DNA of 64,000 nt from Acidobacteriota bacterium (GTDB taxonomy: Bacteria; Acidobacteriota; UBA6911; RPQK01; JADFOI01), in assembly GCA_963663035.1 (NCBI GenBank), contig OY760074.1:2848001-2912000 (forward strand), written 5' to 3'. Each line of letters opens with the position of its first letter. Within the stretch, counting starts at the first letter, position 1. The position numbers were made by a program, and so were the translations under genes. Below, piece after piece: positions 40,459-49,361 of this stretch. Below the pieces are notes generated by a model that made no database searches, had not been told where the DNA came from, and saw nothing but the letters and a program-made list of their open reading frames with translations.

Positions 40459-41390
40459 CATTCAAAAGACATTACGAGGTTTCTGCTGATCAGTATAATA
40501 TCCTCGTTGTCCGCATAAGACGCAAGGTATTTGGAGTTGCGGTGAGTCTTACTTTTTTGCAGATCAAGCGCGAACTCATCAACGCGCTTTGGAAGCTCCT
40601 CCCTCGTACCAGCTCAGTGAACCTGGAAGGTGTTCGCATGAGGGTGCCCCTAAGGCGGGAGCTGGATCGGCGTGTACTGAGCTCAAAGCACGAGCCATGG
40701 ATGGCGTCCTTGCTCAAGAGAATCCTTCCCCTGAAGGTGGGGGAGTTCGTGGATGTGGGCGCCAACGCAGGCCAAACCCTGCTCCGATACAAATCGCTGT
40801 GTCCAAAAGGCGTTTACGTGGGCTTCGAGCCCAATTATTATGCGGCGGCCTACGTCCAGGATATCATCGACTTGAATGGCTGGACCGAGAGTATGGTCGT
40901 GCCCGCCGGGATCGGTGATAGCAACGTCATCTCGCCGCTCTTCCTGGCCAATCCGTCCGATCTCTGCGCAACGCTGATTCCAGAAGCCCACTATCCTGTC
41001 GACACTACTCAAAGCCGGCGTGTCTTGATCCTGGCGGCGGAAGAAGCCTTTGCGCTGGCAAACGTTCAGGATCCAGCCATCATCAAAATAGATGTGGAGG
41101 GCTTTGAAGCCGAGGTACTGCGGGGGCTCGCTCCCGTCCTGAGATGGGCACAGCCCGTTGTGATCTGTGAAGTGCTTGGTGGTGGAGACAAAGAGACGCT
41201 GCGCGCGCGAAATACCGCCATTCAAGACACTCTGCAAGATTGCGGGTACTCTATCCTCAAGGCCTACGGCGACGAGGTGTCCCTCTCTCCAGAAGGGCTG
41301 ATCGACAGTAACCCAATCTACGTGTTCGCCAAAGACGAGGCAGCCCGTCGATTGCTTTCCACTTCGGCGCCAGTGCCGCAGGATGGGTGA
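40410..41390 (+). CDS. FkbM-family methyltransferase (true start likely downstream)
   Basis: FVDVGANAG, GFEPN, IKIDVEGFEAEVL, PVVICEV. Confidence 0.85.
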   Translation: MGNEALSATEIVFKMASFKRHYEVSADQYNILVVRIRRKVFGVAVSLTFLQIKRELINALWKLLPRTSSVNLEGVRMRVPLRRELDRRVLSSKHEPWMASLLKRILPLKVGEFVDVGANAGQTLLRYKSLCPKGVYVGFEPNYYAAAYVQDIIDLNGWTESMVVPAGIGDSNVISPLFLANPSDLCATLIPEAHYPVDTTQSRRVLILAAEEAFALANVQDPAIIKIDVEGFEAEVLRGLAPVLRWAQPVVICEVLGGGDKETLRARNTAIQDTLQDCGYSILKAYGDEVSLSPEGLIDSNPIYVFAKDEAARRLLSTSAPVPQDG

Positions 41391-42382
41391 CAAGAATGCT
41401 CGGTCCTTTCGTCCACTGGATAGATCCCGTGCTGGTCGATCTTGGTGGTCTCTACCTCTGGTGGTACGGCCTCGGCTTCGCCCTCGGATTCCTCCACCTC
41501 CATCTCTTCCTGCGGCAGCGGCGCGCCCGTCTCGGGTTGACGCTTCGCGAGGTCTACACCCTCACTCTCTTCCTGGTGATGGGGATGCTCGTTGGCGGCC
41601 GCCTCATCGAAGTGGCATTCGACGAGTGGCCATTCTACCGCCACAATCTCAGGTTAATACCAGCCTATTTGCTCGGCGGCATGGCCACCCACGGATTGAT
41701 GCTGGGCGCGGCTGCGGCTGTAGTCGCCTTCGCCCTTGCCTACAAGAAGTCGTTCCTCGCCCTCGCCGACGAGCTCGTCATCCCGGGGGCTTTTCTGATG
41801 GGAATCGGCCGCATTGGCAACTTGATCGATGGCCTGATCGTGGGCAGCGTGACCGACGTATGGTGGGCTGTGAAGTTCCCGGATGCCGAAGGGTTTCGAC
41901 ATCCGGTCGTTCTCTACGACGGCGTCAAGAACCTCCTGTTGATGCTGTTTCTCCTCAGGGTTCGAAAGACCAATCCAACTCCGGGGGCTACCGCGGCTCG
42001 ATTCGTGTTCTGGTACGCCTTCCTGCGGATCTTCATCGATCTCTTCCGTGACTACCCGACCCATCGACTCGCTCTCGGCACCGGCCAAACCCTGAACATC
42101 ATCATGGCTCTGTTCGGGATCGTTCTCTTGATCCGGTCGCGCCTGCGGCGGCTGGGACGTCTGGCGGGCGGCCGGGCCCCTGCGGCCGGGCGACAGGCCG
42201 CACCTCACGATCAGTCACCGCTTGTGGCTCAGCAGTTGGCGCTGATCGGCATTCTCCTGTTCTGTCTGACCATTCCTAGCAACTGGACTCAGGATATTCC
42301 CGCCCGATACGGCGCACGGCACCCGGGGCTGCAGCACTCGTGGTTGTATCCTCAGATCGACACGATGCCGCGGGCGCCTTGA
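41387..42382 (+). CDS. lgt: Prolipoprotein diacylglyceryl transferase-like protein
   Basis: IDPV..WYG, GGRL, GGMATHG, GRIGN, RHPVVLY; extra C-terminal TM and tail. Confidence 0.8.
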   Translation: MTRMLGPFVHWIDPVLVDLGGLYLWWYGLGFALGFLHLHLFLRQRRARLGLTLREVYTLTLFLVMGMLVGGRLIEVAFDEWPFYRHNLRLIPAYLLGGMATHGLMLGAAAAVVAFALAYKKSFLALADELVIPGAFLMGIGRIGNLIDGLIVGSVTDVWWAVKFPDAEGFRHPVVLYDGVKNLLLMLFLLRVRKTNPTPGATAARFVFWYAFLRIFIDLFRDYPTHRLALGTGQTLNIIMALFGIVLLIRSRLRRLGRLAGGRAPAAGRQAAPHDQSPLVAQQLALIGILLFCLTIPSNWTQDIPARYGARHPGLQHSWLYPQIDTMPRAP

Positions 42383-42421
42383 CCTTATTGCCGTGTTAGG
42401 CGGCGGAGTCAACTTGTCCGA

Positions 42422-42583
42422 TCACCCGAGATACTGTCGTGCAATCCAGCGGCCAAAATACACGCCACCCGCGGTTCCCACGACGCTAAGGAGGAACGCG
42501 GTCATCACACCCACCAGGCCACCGAGCCACCAACCCAACCAACTCCCGACGATGGCGCCGAAAAATACCAAAAGTTTCGACAT
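42422..42583 (-). CDS. 53-aa Gly-rich two-TM small protein (not in ORF track)
   Basis: MSKLLVFFGAIVGSWLGWWLGGLVGVMTAFLLSVVGTAGGVYFGRWIARQYLG*; flanked by attC-like remnants. Confidence 0.65.
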   Translation of the reverse strand: MSKLLVFFGAIVGSWLGWWLGGLVGVMTAFLLSVVGTAGGVYFGRWIARQYLG

Positions 42584-42715
42584 ATCTTACGGCCGCTACG
42601 GTTCGCTTCAAGCAGTCTTGATGGCATTGTTATACGCCTCAGGTGAACGGGAATCAATGACAACGATGTTTTCCACCGCATACAATGACTAAAATGACCA
42701 GCTGGGAGGAATGAG

Positions 42716-44260
42716 ATGACACCAAGAGAGATTCCCGAGGGAACAGTACAGCCGATGGATGAGCATAACCAGACTTTGGTTTCCAACACTCACCCTCCCG
42801 ATTGGGTCAATCCGGAACCTGCCGGTCGCTACAATCTGGTGGTCATCGGAGCAGGTACGGCAGGCCTGGTGACGGCGGCGGGTGCGGCAGGCTTAGGGGC
42901 CAAAGTGGCCTTGATTGAGAAACACCTTTTGGGAGGCGATTGTTTAAATGTGGGATGTGTGCCCTCCAAGTCCTTGATTCGATCTTCCCGCGCTTATGCT
43001 GATGTTCGGGATGCACACGAGTTTGGAGTACGCGTCCCGGATGGAGTCGAGGTGGACTTTCCCGCCGTCATGGAGCGGATGAGGCGCCTGCGTTCCAGGA
43101 TCAGTCATCACGATTCTGCCCAGCGCTTCCAGCAGCTGGGAGTAGACGTGTTCCTGGGGGAAGGCCGCTTCAAGGATTCCGGCACGATAGAAGTAGAGGG
43201 TCAAACGCTACGCTTCAAGAAGGCCGTCCTGGCAACCGGGGCCCGCGCTGCAGCGCCTCCTATCCCAGGTTTGGCAGAAGCCGGATATCTGACCAATGAG
43301 ACCATCTTTTCACTGACCGAACTGCCCAGACGCCTGGCCGTGATCGGCGCCGGACCCATTGGCTGCGAACTCGCTCAGGCCTTTCGTCGCTTCGGTTCGG
43401 AGGTCTCCATTCTGGAAATGCACCCTCAAATCTTAACGCGCGAGGATCAAGACGCCGCTGGGATCGTCCAGCGATCGTTTCTTCGAGATGGGGTAAACCT
43501 GGTTTTAGGGTGCAAGATTCTAGGGGTGGAACAGAAGAACTCAGACAAGGTCATTCAATTGGAATGCGAGGGGGAGTGCAGGGACCTTCCCGTAGACGAG
43601 ATTCTGGTTGGGGTTGGCCGAGCGCCCAACGTAGAGGGTCTCAATCTGGAGGCGGTCGGAGTGAATTATGACCAGAGAAATGGGGTCCAGGTCAACGACT
43701 ATCTCCAGACCTCCAACCCTCGCATCTATGCTGCCGGAGACATCTGTTTCCCCTACAAGTTCACCCATACGGCCGACGCCCTGGCCCGGATCGTCATCCA
43801 GAACACTCTCTTCAGCATCCTTTTCCTGGGCCGAAAGAAAGCCAGCGCCCTCACCATTCCCTGGTGTACCTACACAGATCCCGAAATTGCCCACGTGGGA
43901 ATGTACGAAAAGGACGCTCTGGCCAAAGGCATCGCGGTCGACACCTTCCTGAAACCCTTAAAGGAAATGGACCGCGCTATTCTAGACGGAGAGGAGGAGG
44001 GATGGGTCAAGATCCATGTCAGGAAAGGCACGGACAAGATTCTGGGGGCCACCATGGTGGCCCGTCACGCGGGAGAGATGATCAGTGAGATTACCCTGGC
44101 CATGGTGGCCAACACCGGTTTAGGAACTCTCGCTGGTGTCATCCATCCCTATCCCACACAGGCCGAAGCCATCAAACAGGCGGGAGATAACTATAACCGT
44201 ACTCGCCTCACGCCCCTGGTCAAGAGGGTCTTCTCTCGATGGTTGGCCTGGAGGCGCTAG
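42716..44260 (+). CDS. MerA/LpdA-like flavoprotein disulfide reductase (no C-terminal Cys-Cys)
   Basis: GAGTAG, GGDCLNVGCVPSK, GAGPIG, AAGD, IHPYPTQAE. Confidence 0.88.
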   Translation: MTPREIPEGTVQPMDEHNQTLVSNTHPPDWVNPEPAGRYNLVVIGAGTAGLVTAAGAAGLGAKVALIEKHLLGGDCLNVGCVPSKSLIRSSRAYADVRDAHEFGVRVPDGVEVDFPAVMERMRRLRSRISHHDSAQRFQQLGVDVFLGEGRFKDSGTIEVEGQTLRFKKAVLATGARAAAPPIPGLAEAGYLTNETIFSLTELPRRLAVIGAGPIGCELAQAFRRFGSEVSILEMHPQILTREDQDAAGIVQRSFLRDGVNLVLGCKILGVEQKNSDKVIQLECEGECRDLPVDEILVGVGRAPNVEGLNLEAVGVNYDQRNGVQVNDYLQTSNPRIYAAGDICFPYKFTHTADALARIVIQNTLFSILFLGRKKASALTIPWCTYTDPEIAHVGMYEKDALAKGIAVDTFLKPLKEMDRAILDGEEEGWVKIHVRKGTDKILGATMVARHAGEMISEITLAMVANTGLGTLAGVIHPYPTQAEAIKQAGDNYNRTRLTPLVKRVFSRWLAWRR

Positions 44261-44280
44261 GCTTGGAAAGGTTGGCTCAT

Positions 44281-44305
44281 TCGCCGCACTGAGGCGGCTC
44301 CCACA
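44281..44305 (-). repeat. REP-like palindrome between convergent genes
   Basis: Minus strand TGTGGGA-GCCGC-CTCAGT-GCGGC-GA: GTGG tetranucleotide plus hairpin. Confidence 0.5.
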
Positions 44306-44342
44306 TTCTGGTCCTTGCTGTTCCGGGTCCTTGCTGTGAGGC

Positions 44343-45728
44343 TCACTCAAGGGGCTCGAGGTCACCCAACATGGTGGGGATCAGTTCCGTGACGGTGGGG
44401 TGAATGTGCACGGCCCGCTGGATCACCGTGTAGGGTGCCCGGGCATACATCACATCCAGGATGGAATGGATGATCTCGTCCCCTCCGATGCCCAGGATGG
44501 CTGCTCCCAGAATCTCCTTGGTCTCAGCATCCACCAGAACTTTCATCAACCCCTGAGTTTCGCCTTTTTCCACCGCTCGGGAAACGCGCGTCATGGGCCT
44601 GGTAGCCATCAGAGCCTTTCGCCCCGATTGCCTCACCTGGGTTTCCGTCATCCCCACCCGCCCCAGCGGGGGATCGATATACAAGGCGTAGGCCAGAATG
44701 CGATCGCTGACTCGTCGAGGGTCATCATCCAGCAGATTGGCGACGACGATCTCGTAGTCGTTATAGGAGGTGTGGGTGAAGGCGCCCTTCCCATTGCAAT
44801 CGCCTACAGCCCAGACGCCGGGAACATTGGTGCGGAGTTGGTCGTCCACCGCGATGTAGCCCCGTTTATCCACCTCGATACCCGCCTTTTCCAAACCCAG
44901 ATCATCGGTGTTGGGCTGGCGTCCCACCGCCAGCAGTAAGTGTGAACCTCTCACCTCGCGGGCACCCCTTTCACAATCGAGATTGACCAGGACTCCATCT
45001 CCATCTTTTGTTCCATCGATACAGTCGGCCTCCAGCCGGATCTCAATCCCCTCCTTTTCCAGGATCTCCTGGGTGGCTGCAGAGATGTCTTCATCTTCGT
45101 GTACGATCAAGCGAGAGGCCCTCTCGACAATGGTGACGCGGCTGCCAAATCGTCGGTACATTTGGCCAAACTCCAAGCCGATATAGCTTCCGCCGATAAT
45201 GACCAGATGTTCGGGGAGAAAGTCCACCTCCATGATGCTGGAGCTGGTCAGGTAGTCCACGCTTTCGATGTTCGAAAACGGAGGAACGAAGGCCCGCCCT
45301 CCCACGTTGATAAAGATCTTGTCCGCCTCCAGTCTTTCCTCACCAACGCTGATGATGTGGGGATCCTCGAATCGCCCATGCCCCTCATACACGGTGGTGT
45401 TGTCCAGCTTTTTCATCCAACCTTCGACACCCTGGTTGGACTTGGCCACCACACCATCCTTGCGTTCCTTGACCCGCTTCATGTCCACGGAGGGAGAGCT
45501 ACCCGTGATGACACCGAACTCCTCACCACGCCCGGCCACATAAGCGGCGCGGGCACTGGCCACCAGGGTCTTGGTGGGGATGCAGCCAGTGTTCACACAG
45601 GTGCCTCCAAAGAGTTTCCGCTCAATGACCGCTACCTTCATCCCCTCTTTAGACAGCCTGGCTGCTAGGGATGGCCCAGCCTGCCCGGTCCCAATCACGA
45701 TGGCATCATATTTTTTTGTCACACACAC
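44343..45728 (-). CDS. FAD-dependent pyridine-nucleotide disulfide oxidoreductase (RclA/MerA-like)
   Basis: GTGQAG, GGTCVNTGCIPTK, GGSYIGLE, FTHTSYND, HIHPTVTE. Confidence 0.88.
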   Translation of the reverse strand: MCVTKKYDAIVIGTGQAGPSLAARLSKEGMKVAVIERKLFGGTCVNTGCIPTKTLVASARAAYVAGRGEEFGVITGSSPSVDMKRVKERKDGVVAKSNQGVEGWMKKLDNTTVYEGHGRFEDPHIISVGEERLEADKIFINVGGRAFVPPFSNIESVDYLTSSSIMEVDFLPEHLVIIGGSYIGLEFGQMYRRFGSRVTIVERASRLIVHEDEDISAATQEILEKEGIEIRLEADCIDGTKDGDGVLVNLDCERGAREVRGSHLLLAVGRQPNTDDLGLEKAGIEVDKRGYIAVDDQLRTNVPGVWAVGDCNGKGAFTHTSYNDYEIVVANLLDDDPRRVSDRILAYALYIDPPLGRVGMTETQVRQSGRKALMATRPMTRVSRAVEKGETQGLMKVLVDAETKEILGAAILGIGGDEIIHSILDVMYARAPYTVIQRAVHIHPTVTELIPTMLGDLEPLE

Positions 45729-46727
45729 CTACCTCGGGAGATCGAGAGCTGCGCAGTGGGCAGCTCCATAAAGCGCTGTCTTTGGATTGAGAATGACTCG
45801 AATGGGAATGGCCTCCATCAGCCCGGAGAGTCGCCCCTTCTCACGGAAGCTCTTGGTGAAGGTCCCGTCGCGCAGCTTGCTGATAATGTTGGGAGCAATT
45901 CCACCACCGACGTACAGGCCACCCACTGCCTTGGCCTTGAGCGCAAGGTTGCCCGCTTCTGCTCCGTAAATGGAAACGAACAGATCCAGCGCCTTGACGC
46001 ACAGGTCGCTTTTACCCTCTATCGCCGCCCTCGAGACGGTGATGCCAGGATCGTCCTGCTCTATCTTTTCCCTCAGCCAGCTGGCCTCCTCGCCGTAGCC
46101 CGAGTCTCTCAGAAAGCAGTAGATGTTAAACAGGCCCTGGCCCGAGAGAACTCGCTCGTAACTCACATGCAGGTAGCTCTTCAGCAAATAGCGTAAAAGC
46201 TCGATCTCCAGTTCATTGCGGGGGGCAAAGTCAGCGTGACCACCTTCGGAAGCAATGGGCTTGAAGATCTCCCCTTCCCGGTAGAGCAAGGCCTCCCCCA
46301 GACCGGTGCCAGCCGAAATCAGAGCCCCGTTTCCATCCGGTTGTGAGGACCCTTCCTGCAGTGTCTCCAACTCATCTTCGGCCAGCAACTGAATGCCGTA
46401 GCCATTGGCCTCCAGATCGTTGATTAAATGAACATTCTGGAAGCCAACAGTTTCCCTGATGGCCTCCGCTCGAATGGTCCATGGCAGGTTGGGGGTTTTG
46501 GAACACTCCCCGACCACTGGGCCGGCCACTCCAAAACAGGCCGCCACAATCGGTTCCCCCCGGATCTCGTCCGCCTTGTCAGCCAGGAATTCCCGCAGGA
46601 CCTCTTCCAGTCCCGAGAACTCATCGCTTTGATAGGTCTCCTCTATGAGGAGTTTCGGCTGCCCAGCCTCAACGGCAACCAACCCTACATGGCTTTTGGT
46701 TCCACCAATATCACCGGCCAAGATCAT
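45729..46727 (-). CDS. glk: Glucokinase
   Basis: LAGDIGGTK, GVAGPV, INDLEA, GTGLGE, SEGGH, ERVLSG. Confidence 0.93.
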   Translation of the reverse strand: MILAGDIGGTKSHVGLVAVEAGQPKLLIEETYQSDEFSGLEEVLREFLADKADEIRGEPIVAACFGVAGPVVGECSKTPNLPWTIRAEAIRETVGFQNVHLINDLEANGYGIQLLAEDELETLQEGSSQPDGNGALISAGTGLGEALLYREGEIFKPIASEGGHADFAPRNELEIELLRYLLKSYLHVSYERVLSGQGLFNIYCFLRDSGYGEEASWLREKIEQDDPGITVSRAAIEGKSDLCVKALDLFVSIYGAEAGNLALKAKAVGGLYVGGGIAPNIISKLRDGTFTKSFREKGRLSGLMEAIPIRVILNPKTALYGAAHCAALDLPR

Positions 46728-47850
46728 TGCTGTCCAACCACCTCAGCGCTTGCTCATAGACCTTATCATGGCCGAGTATCTCCATTTCCCTGCTGACAAG
46801 CTGCGCTTCATCTTCGTCCTGGAAGCGGATGACCCTTGCCACCTCCTGTTTCCCCTCCAACGTCACATGACTCTCCAGGTGTTCGCCGGCGGAAGCGATG
46901 AAGGCGGAAAATCGAGCCGATGGCTCGTTCTCCACCAGAAGCTGAAGCGAGTTCAAACCATGGCCAGAGCCACTGGCAGCTGAGGTGATCTTGATCTGAA
47001 TCATGACTGTTCGATCCTGGGCCTTCAACTCCCACTGATAGGTATGCTCATCGATCCAGCGCGGTTTTGCGGTGGATCTCCATTTCAAACGACTGGCCAG
47101 CCAGGCTGCCATAAGCAGACTCTGGGCAGGAATGGAGTTTTCATTGGAGCCCCGGGCCGAAGACTCAATCTGTACACGGTCGAGCCGGGCCAGGTAGGGC
47201 CGGCAGTCCAGAGCGTCAAAGAATCCTGCCACCAATACCCGCCAGGGGGTAAGGCGGCACCAGCTCAGGTCGCTGAAGGCCGACACTTGAGCCCTTTTTT
47301 CGATCAGGGTGAGCAGAGTCCGCAATCCCTCTTTGGCATCCGGCAACCCGGCCGAGTCAATGATCACACGGTCACAGCTTTCAACCAGCCCAGTGAAGGT
47401 TTCCGCCTGGAAGTCGAGTAAATCACGCCACCACAAAAAGACCGGGAGATCCGGAATCACCAGCGATCTGACCAGAGAGGGCAAATGGCCAGTCTCCTGA
47501 CCAGCAGCTTGAATGACAATTTGCTCACAGCAAATCTGTTTCTGGCCACGCCCGGAGGGATGACACTGGGCAGTCACCATGGCATTGAGGAAGGGCTCCG
47601 AAGAATCAGGTTCCGAGAGTAAGACAATGGCGCGGCTGGGATGTTCGTCCGTCACCTGAGCCATGATCTGGCTGATCTCTCCGGTGCTGTCCTGGCCAGG
47701 GCTGTACACCACCAGATTGGCGACGCAGGCTCGCATGACGGCCTGCTGATCCTCCCCCCCTGAGGACACCTCCGTCATCTGTTCCCACAGTTCGTTTAGC
47801 TCATGCTCCAGGGTTGGCACATCCACGACTCTTTGGGGTAGCTTGCTCAT
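46711..47850 (-). CDS. opcA: Glucose-6-phosphate dehydrogenase assembly protein OpcA
   Basis: HPSRAI, CCEQI, PDLPVFLWW, DLSW.RL.PWR; follows zwf. Confidence 0.9.
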   Translation of the reverse strand: MSKLPQRVVDVPTLEHELNELWEQMTEVSSGGEDQQAVMRACVANLVVYSPGQDSTGEISQIMAQVTDEHPSRAIVLLSEPDSSEPFLNAMVTAQCHPSGRGQKQICCEQIVIQAAGQETGHLPSLVRSLVIPDLPVFLWWRDLLDFQAETFTGLVESCDRVIIDSAGLPDAKEGLRTLLTLIEKRAQVSAFSDLSWCRLTPWRVLVAGFFDALDCRPYLARLDRVQIESSARGSNENSIPAQSLLMAAWLASRLKWRSTAKPRWIDEHTYQWELKAQDRTVMIQIKITSAASGSGHGLNSLQLLVENEPSARFSAFIASAGEHLESHVTLEGKQEVARVIRFQDEDEAQLVSREMEILGHDKVYEQALRWLDSNDLGR

Positions 47851-49361
47851 AGCCGTCTCCAGCGCCGTCCTTCCCGCTGCATGAATTCATCACCTTCTGT
47901 GGGTCCCCAGCTCCCCGCTTCGTAGTTCGGGAAGTTATCTGCTGGCTTCTGCCAGGCGTCAAAGACAGGCATCAACAGCTTCCAGGCAGCCTCTACCATG
48001 TCCCCTCTTGCAAAGAGAGTCGAGTCTCCCAACATGGCATCCAGAAGAAGTCTCTCATAGGCATCGGCGGATTTCTTTCCAAAAGAAGTCCCATAGCGGA
48101 AATCCATATTGACGGTACGGACTTTTATGGCCTGGCCCGGAAGCTTGGCACCAAACCTCAGGGTAATGCCGGCATCGGGTTGGATGCGCAGGGTAAGGGA
48201 ATTGGGCTGCAAGGGCTCGCTGTCTTTGAAGAGGAGATGGGGCACCGCCCGGAACTGGACGGCGACTTCGGTGACTCGCTTGGGCAAGCACTTGGCAGAA
48301 CGGAGGTAAAAGGGCACATCGGCCCAGCGCCAGTTGTCCACCAGCAGCTTAATGGCGGCGTAGGTCTCCGTGCTGGAATCAGGCCTGACGTCCTTCTCTT
48401 GGCGGTAGCCTTCGACGGCCAGTCCGTTCACCGCGCCCGCCCCGTATTGGCCGCGAACTGCGAACTGATCGATGTCCTCTGATGCGAAGGGTCGGATGGC
48501 ACGCATCACTTTGGTCTTCTCGTCCCGTACGGCGTTCGCCTCCAGGGAAGCTGGAGGCTCCATGGCCACCAGGGCAAGAATCTGAAACAGGTGGTTCTGG
48601 ATCATGTCCCGCAGAACTCCGATCTGGTCATAGTATCCTCCACGGCCTTCCACTCCCAGAGTCTCAGCGGCCGTGATTTGCACATGTTCGATATAGCGTC
48701 GGCTCCAGAGCGGTTCAAAAATCCCATTAGCGAAGCGAAGCACCAAGATGTTTTGAACCGTTTCCTTCCCCAGGTAGTGATCGATGCGGTACACCTGATC
48801 CTCCCTGAACACCTCCAGAACCTCTTTGTTGAGTGCCTGCATGCTTTCCAGGTCGTGCCCAAATGGCTTTTCGATAATGACACGGCTCCAGCCACTGGAG
48901 CGGGTCAGGCCAAGGGAGCCCAGTTGTTGGGTGATGGGAGCAAAGAGGCTGGGAGGGGTTGAAAAGTAAAACAGCCGGTTTCCGGAAGTTCCACGTTCCT
49001 GCTCGATCTGGGTGAGCAGCTTACCGAGGCTTTTGAAGCTCTCCTGATCATTGACATCGGTAGGGATGTAAAACATCCCGGCTGCGCAATTCTCCCAGAC
49101 GCTCTTATCCACGGCACCCCCATCCAGGAACTGCTGGACGGCCTCCCCCATTCTGACCCGAAAGTCTTCGCTGCTCATGGTGGTACGGCCGGACCCCACA
49201 ACGGAAAACCCGCCGGGCAGAAGATTTTGTTGAGCCAGGCTGTAGAGTGCCGGCACCAGCTTGCGCTTGGTTAAATCGCCCGAAGCTCCAAAAATAACCA
49301 TCGTGCAGGGCTCAGGCGTGTGATCTAGGCGCAAACCCTCCACCAGGGGATTTCCCATCAT
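47847..49361 (-). CDS. zwf: Glucose-6-phosphate 1-dehydrogenase
   Basis: GASGDLTKRK, EKPFG, RIDHYLGKE, RDMIQNH. Confidence 0.97.
   Translation of the reverse strand: MMGNPLVEGLRLDHTPEPCTMVIFGASGDLTKRKLVPALYSLAQQNLLPGGFSVVGSGRTTMSSEDFRVRMGEAVQQFLDGGAVDKSVWENCAAGMFYIPTDVNDQESFKSLGKLLTQIEQERGTSGNRLFYFSTPPSLFAPITQQLGSLGLTRSSGWSRVIIEKPFGHDLESMQALNKEVLEVFREDQVYRIDHYLGKETVQNILVLRFANGIFEPLWSRRYIEHVQITAAETLGVEGRGGYYDQIGVLRDMIQNHLFQILALVAMEPPASLEANAVRDEKTKVMRAIRPFASEDIDQFAVRGQYGAGAVNGLAVEGYRQEKDVRPDSSTETYAAIKLLVDNWRWADVPFYLRSAKCLPKRVTEVAVQFRAVPHLLFKDSEPLQPNSLTLRIQPDAGITLRFGAKLPGQAIKVRTVNMDFRYGTSFGKKSADAYERLLLDAMLGDSTLFARGDMVEAAWKLLMPVFDAWQKPADNFPNYEAGSWGPTEGDEFMQREGRRWRRL

Noticed and set aside
42716-44260. 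Mercury-resistance (merA) call
   Set aside because: No C-terminal vicinal cysteines and no merR/T/P nearby
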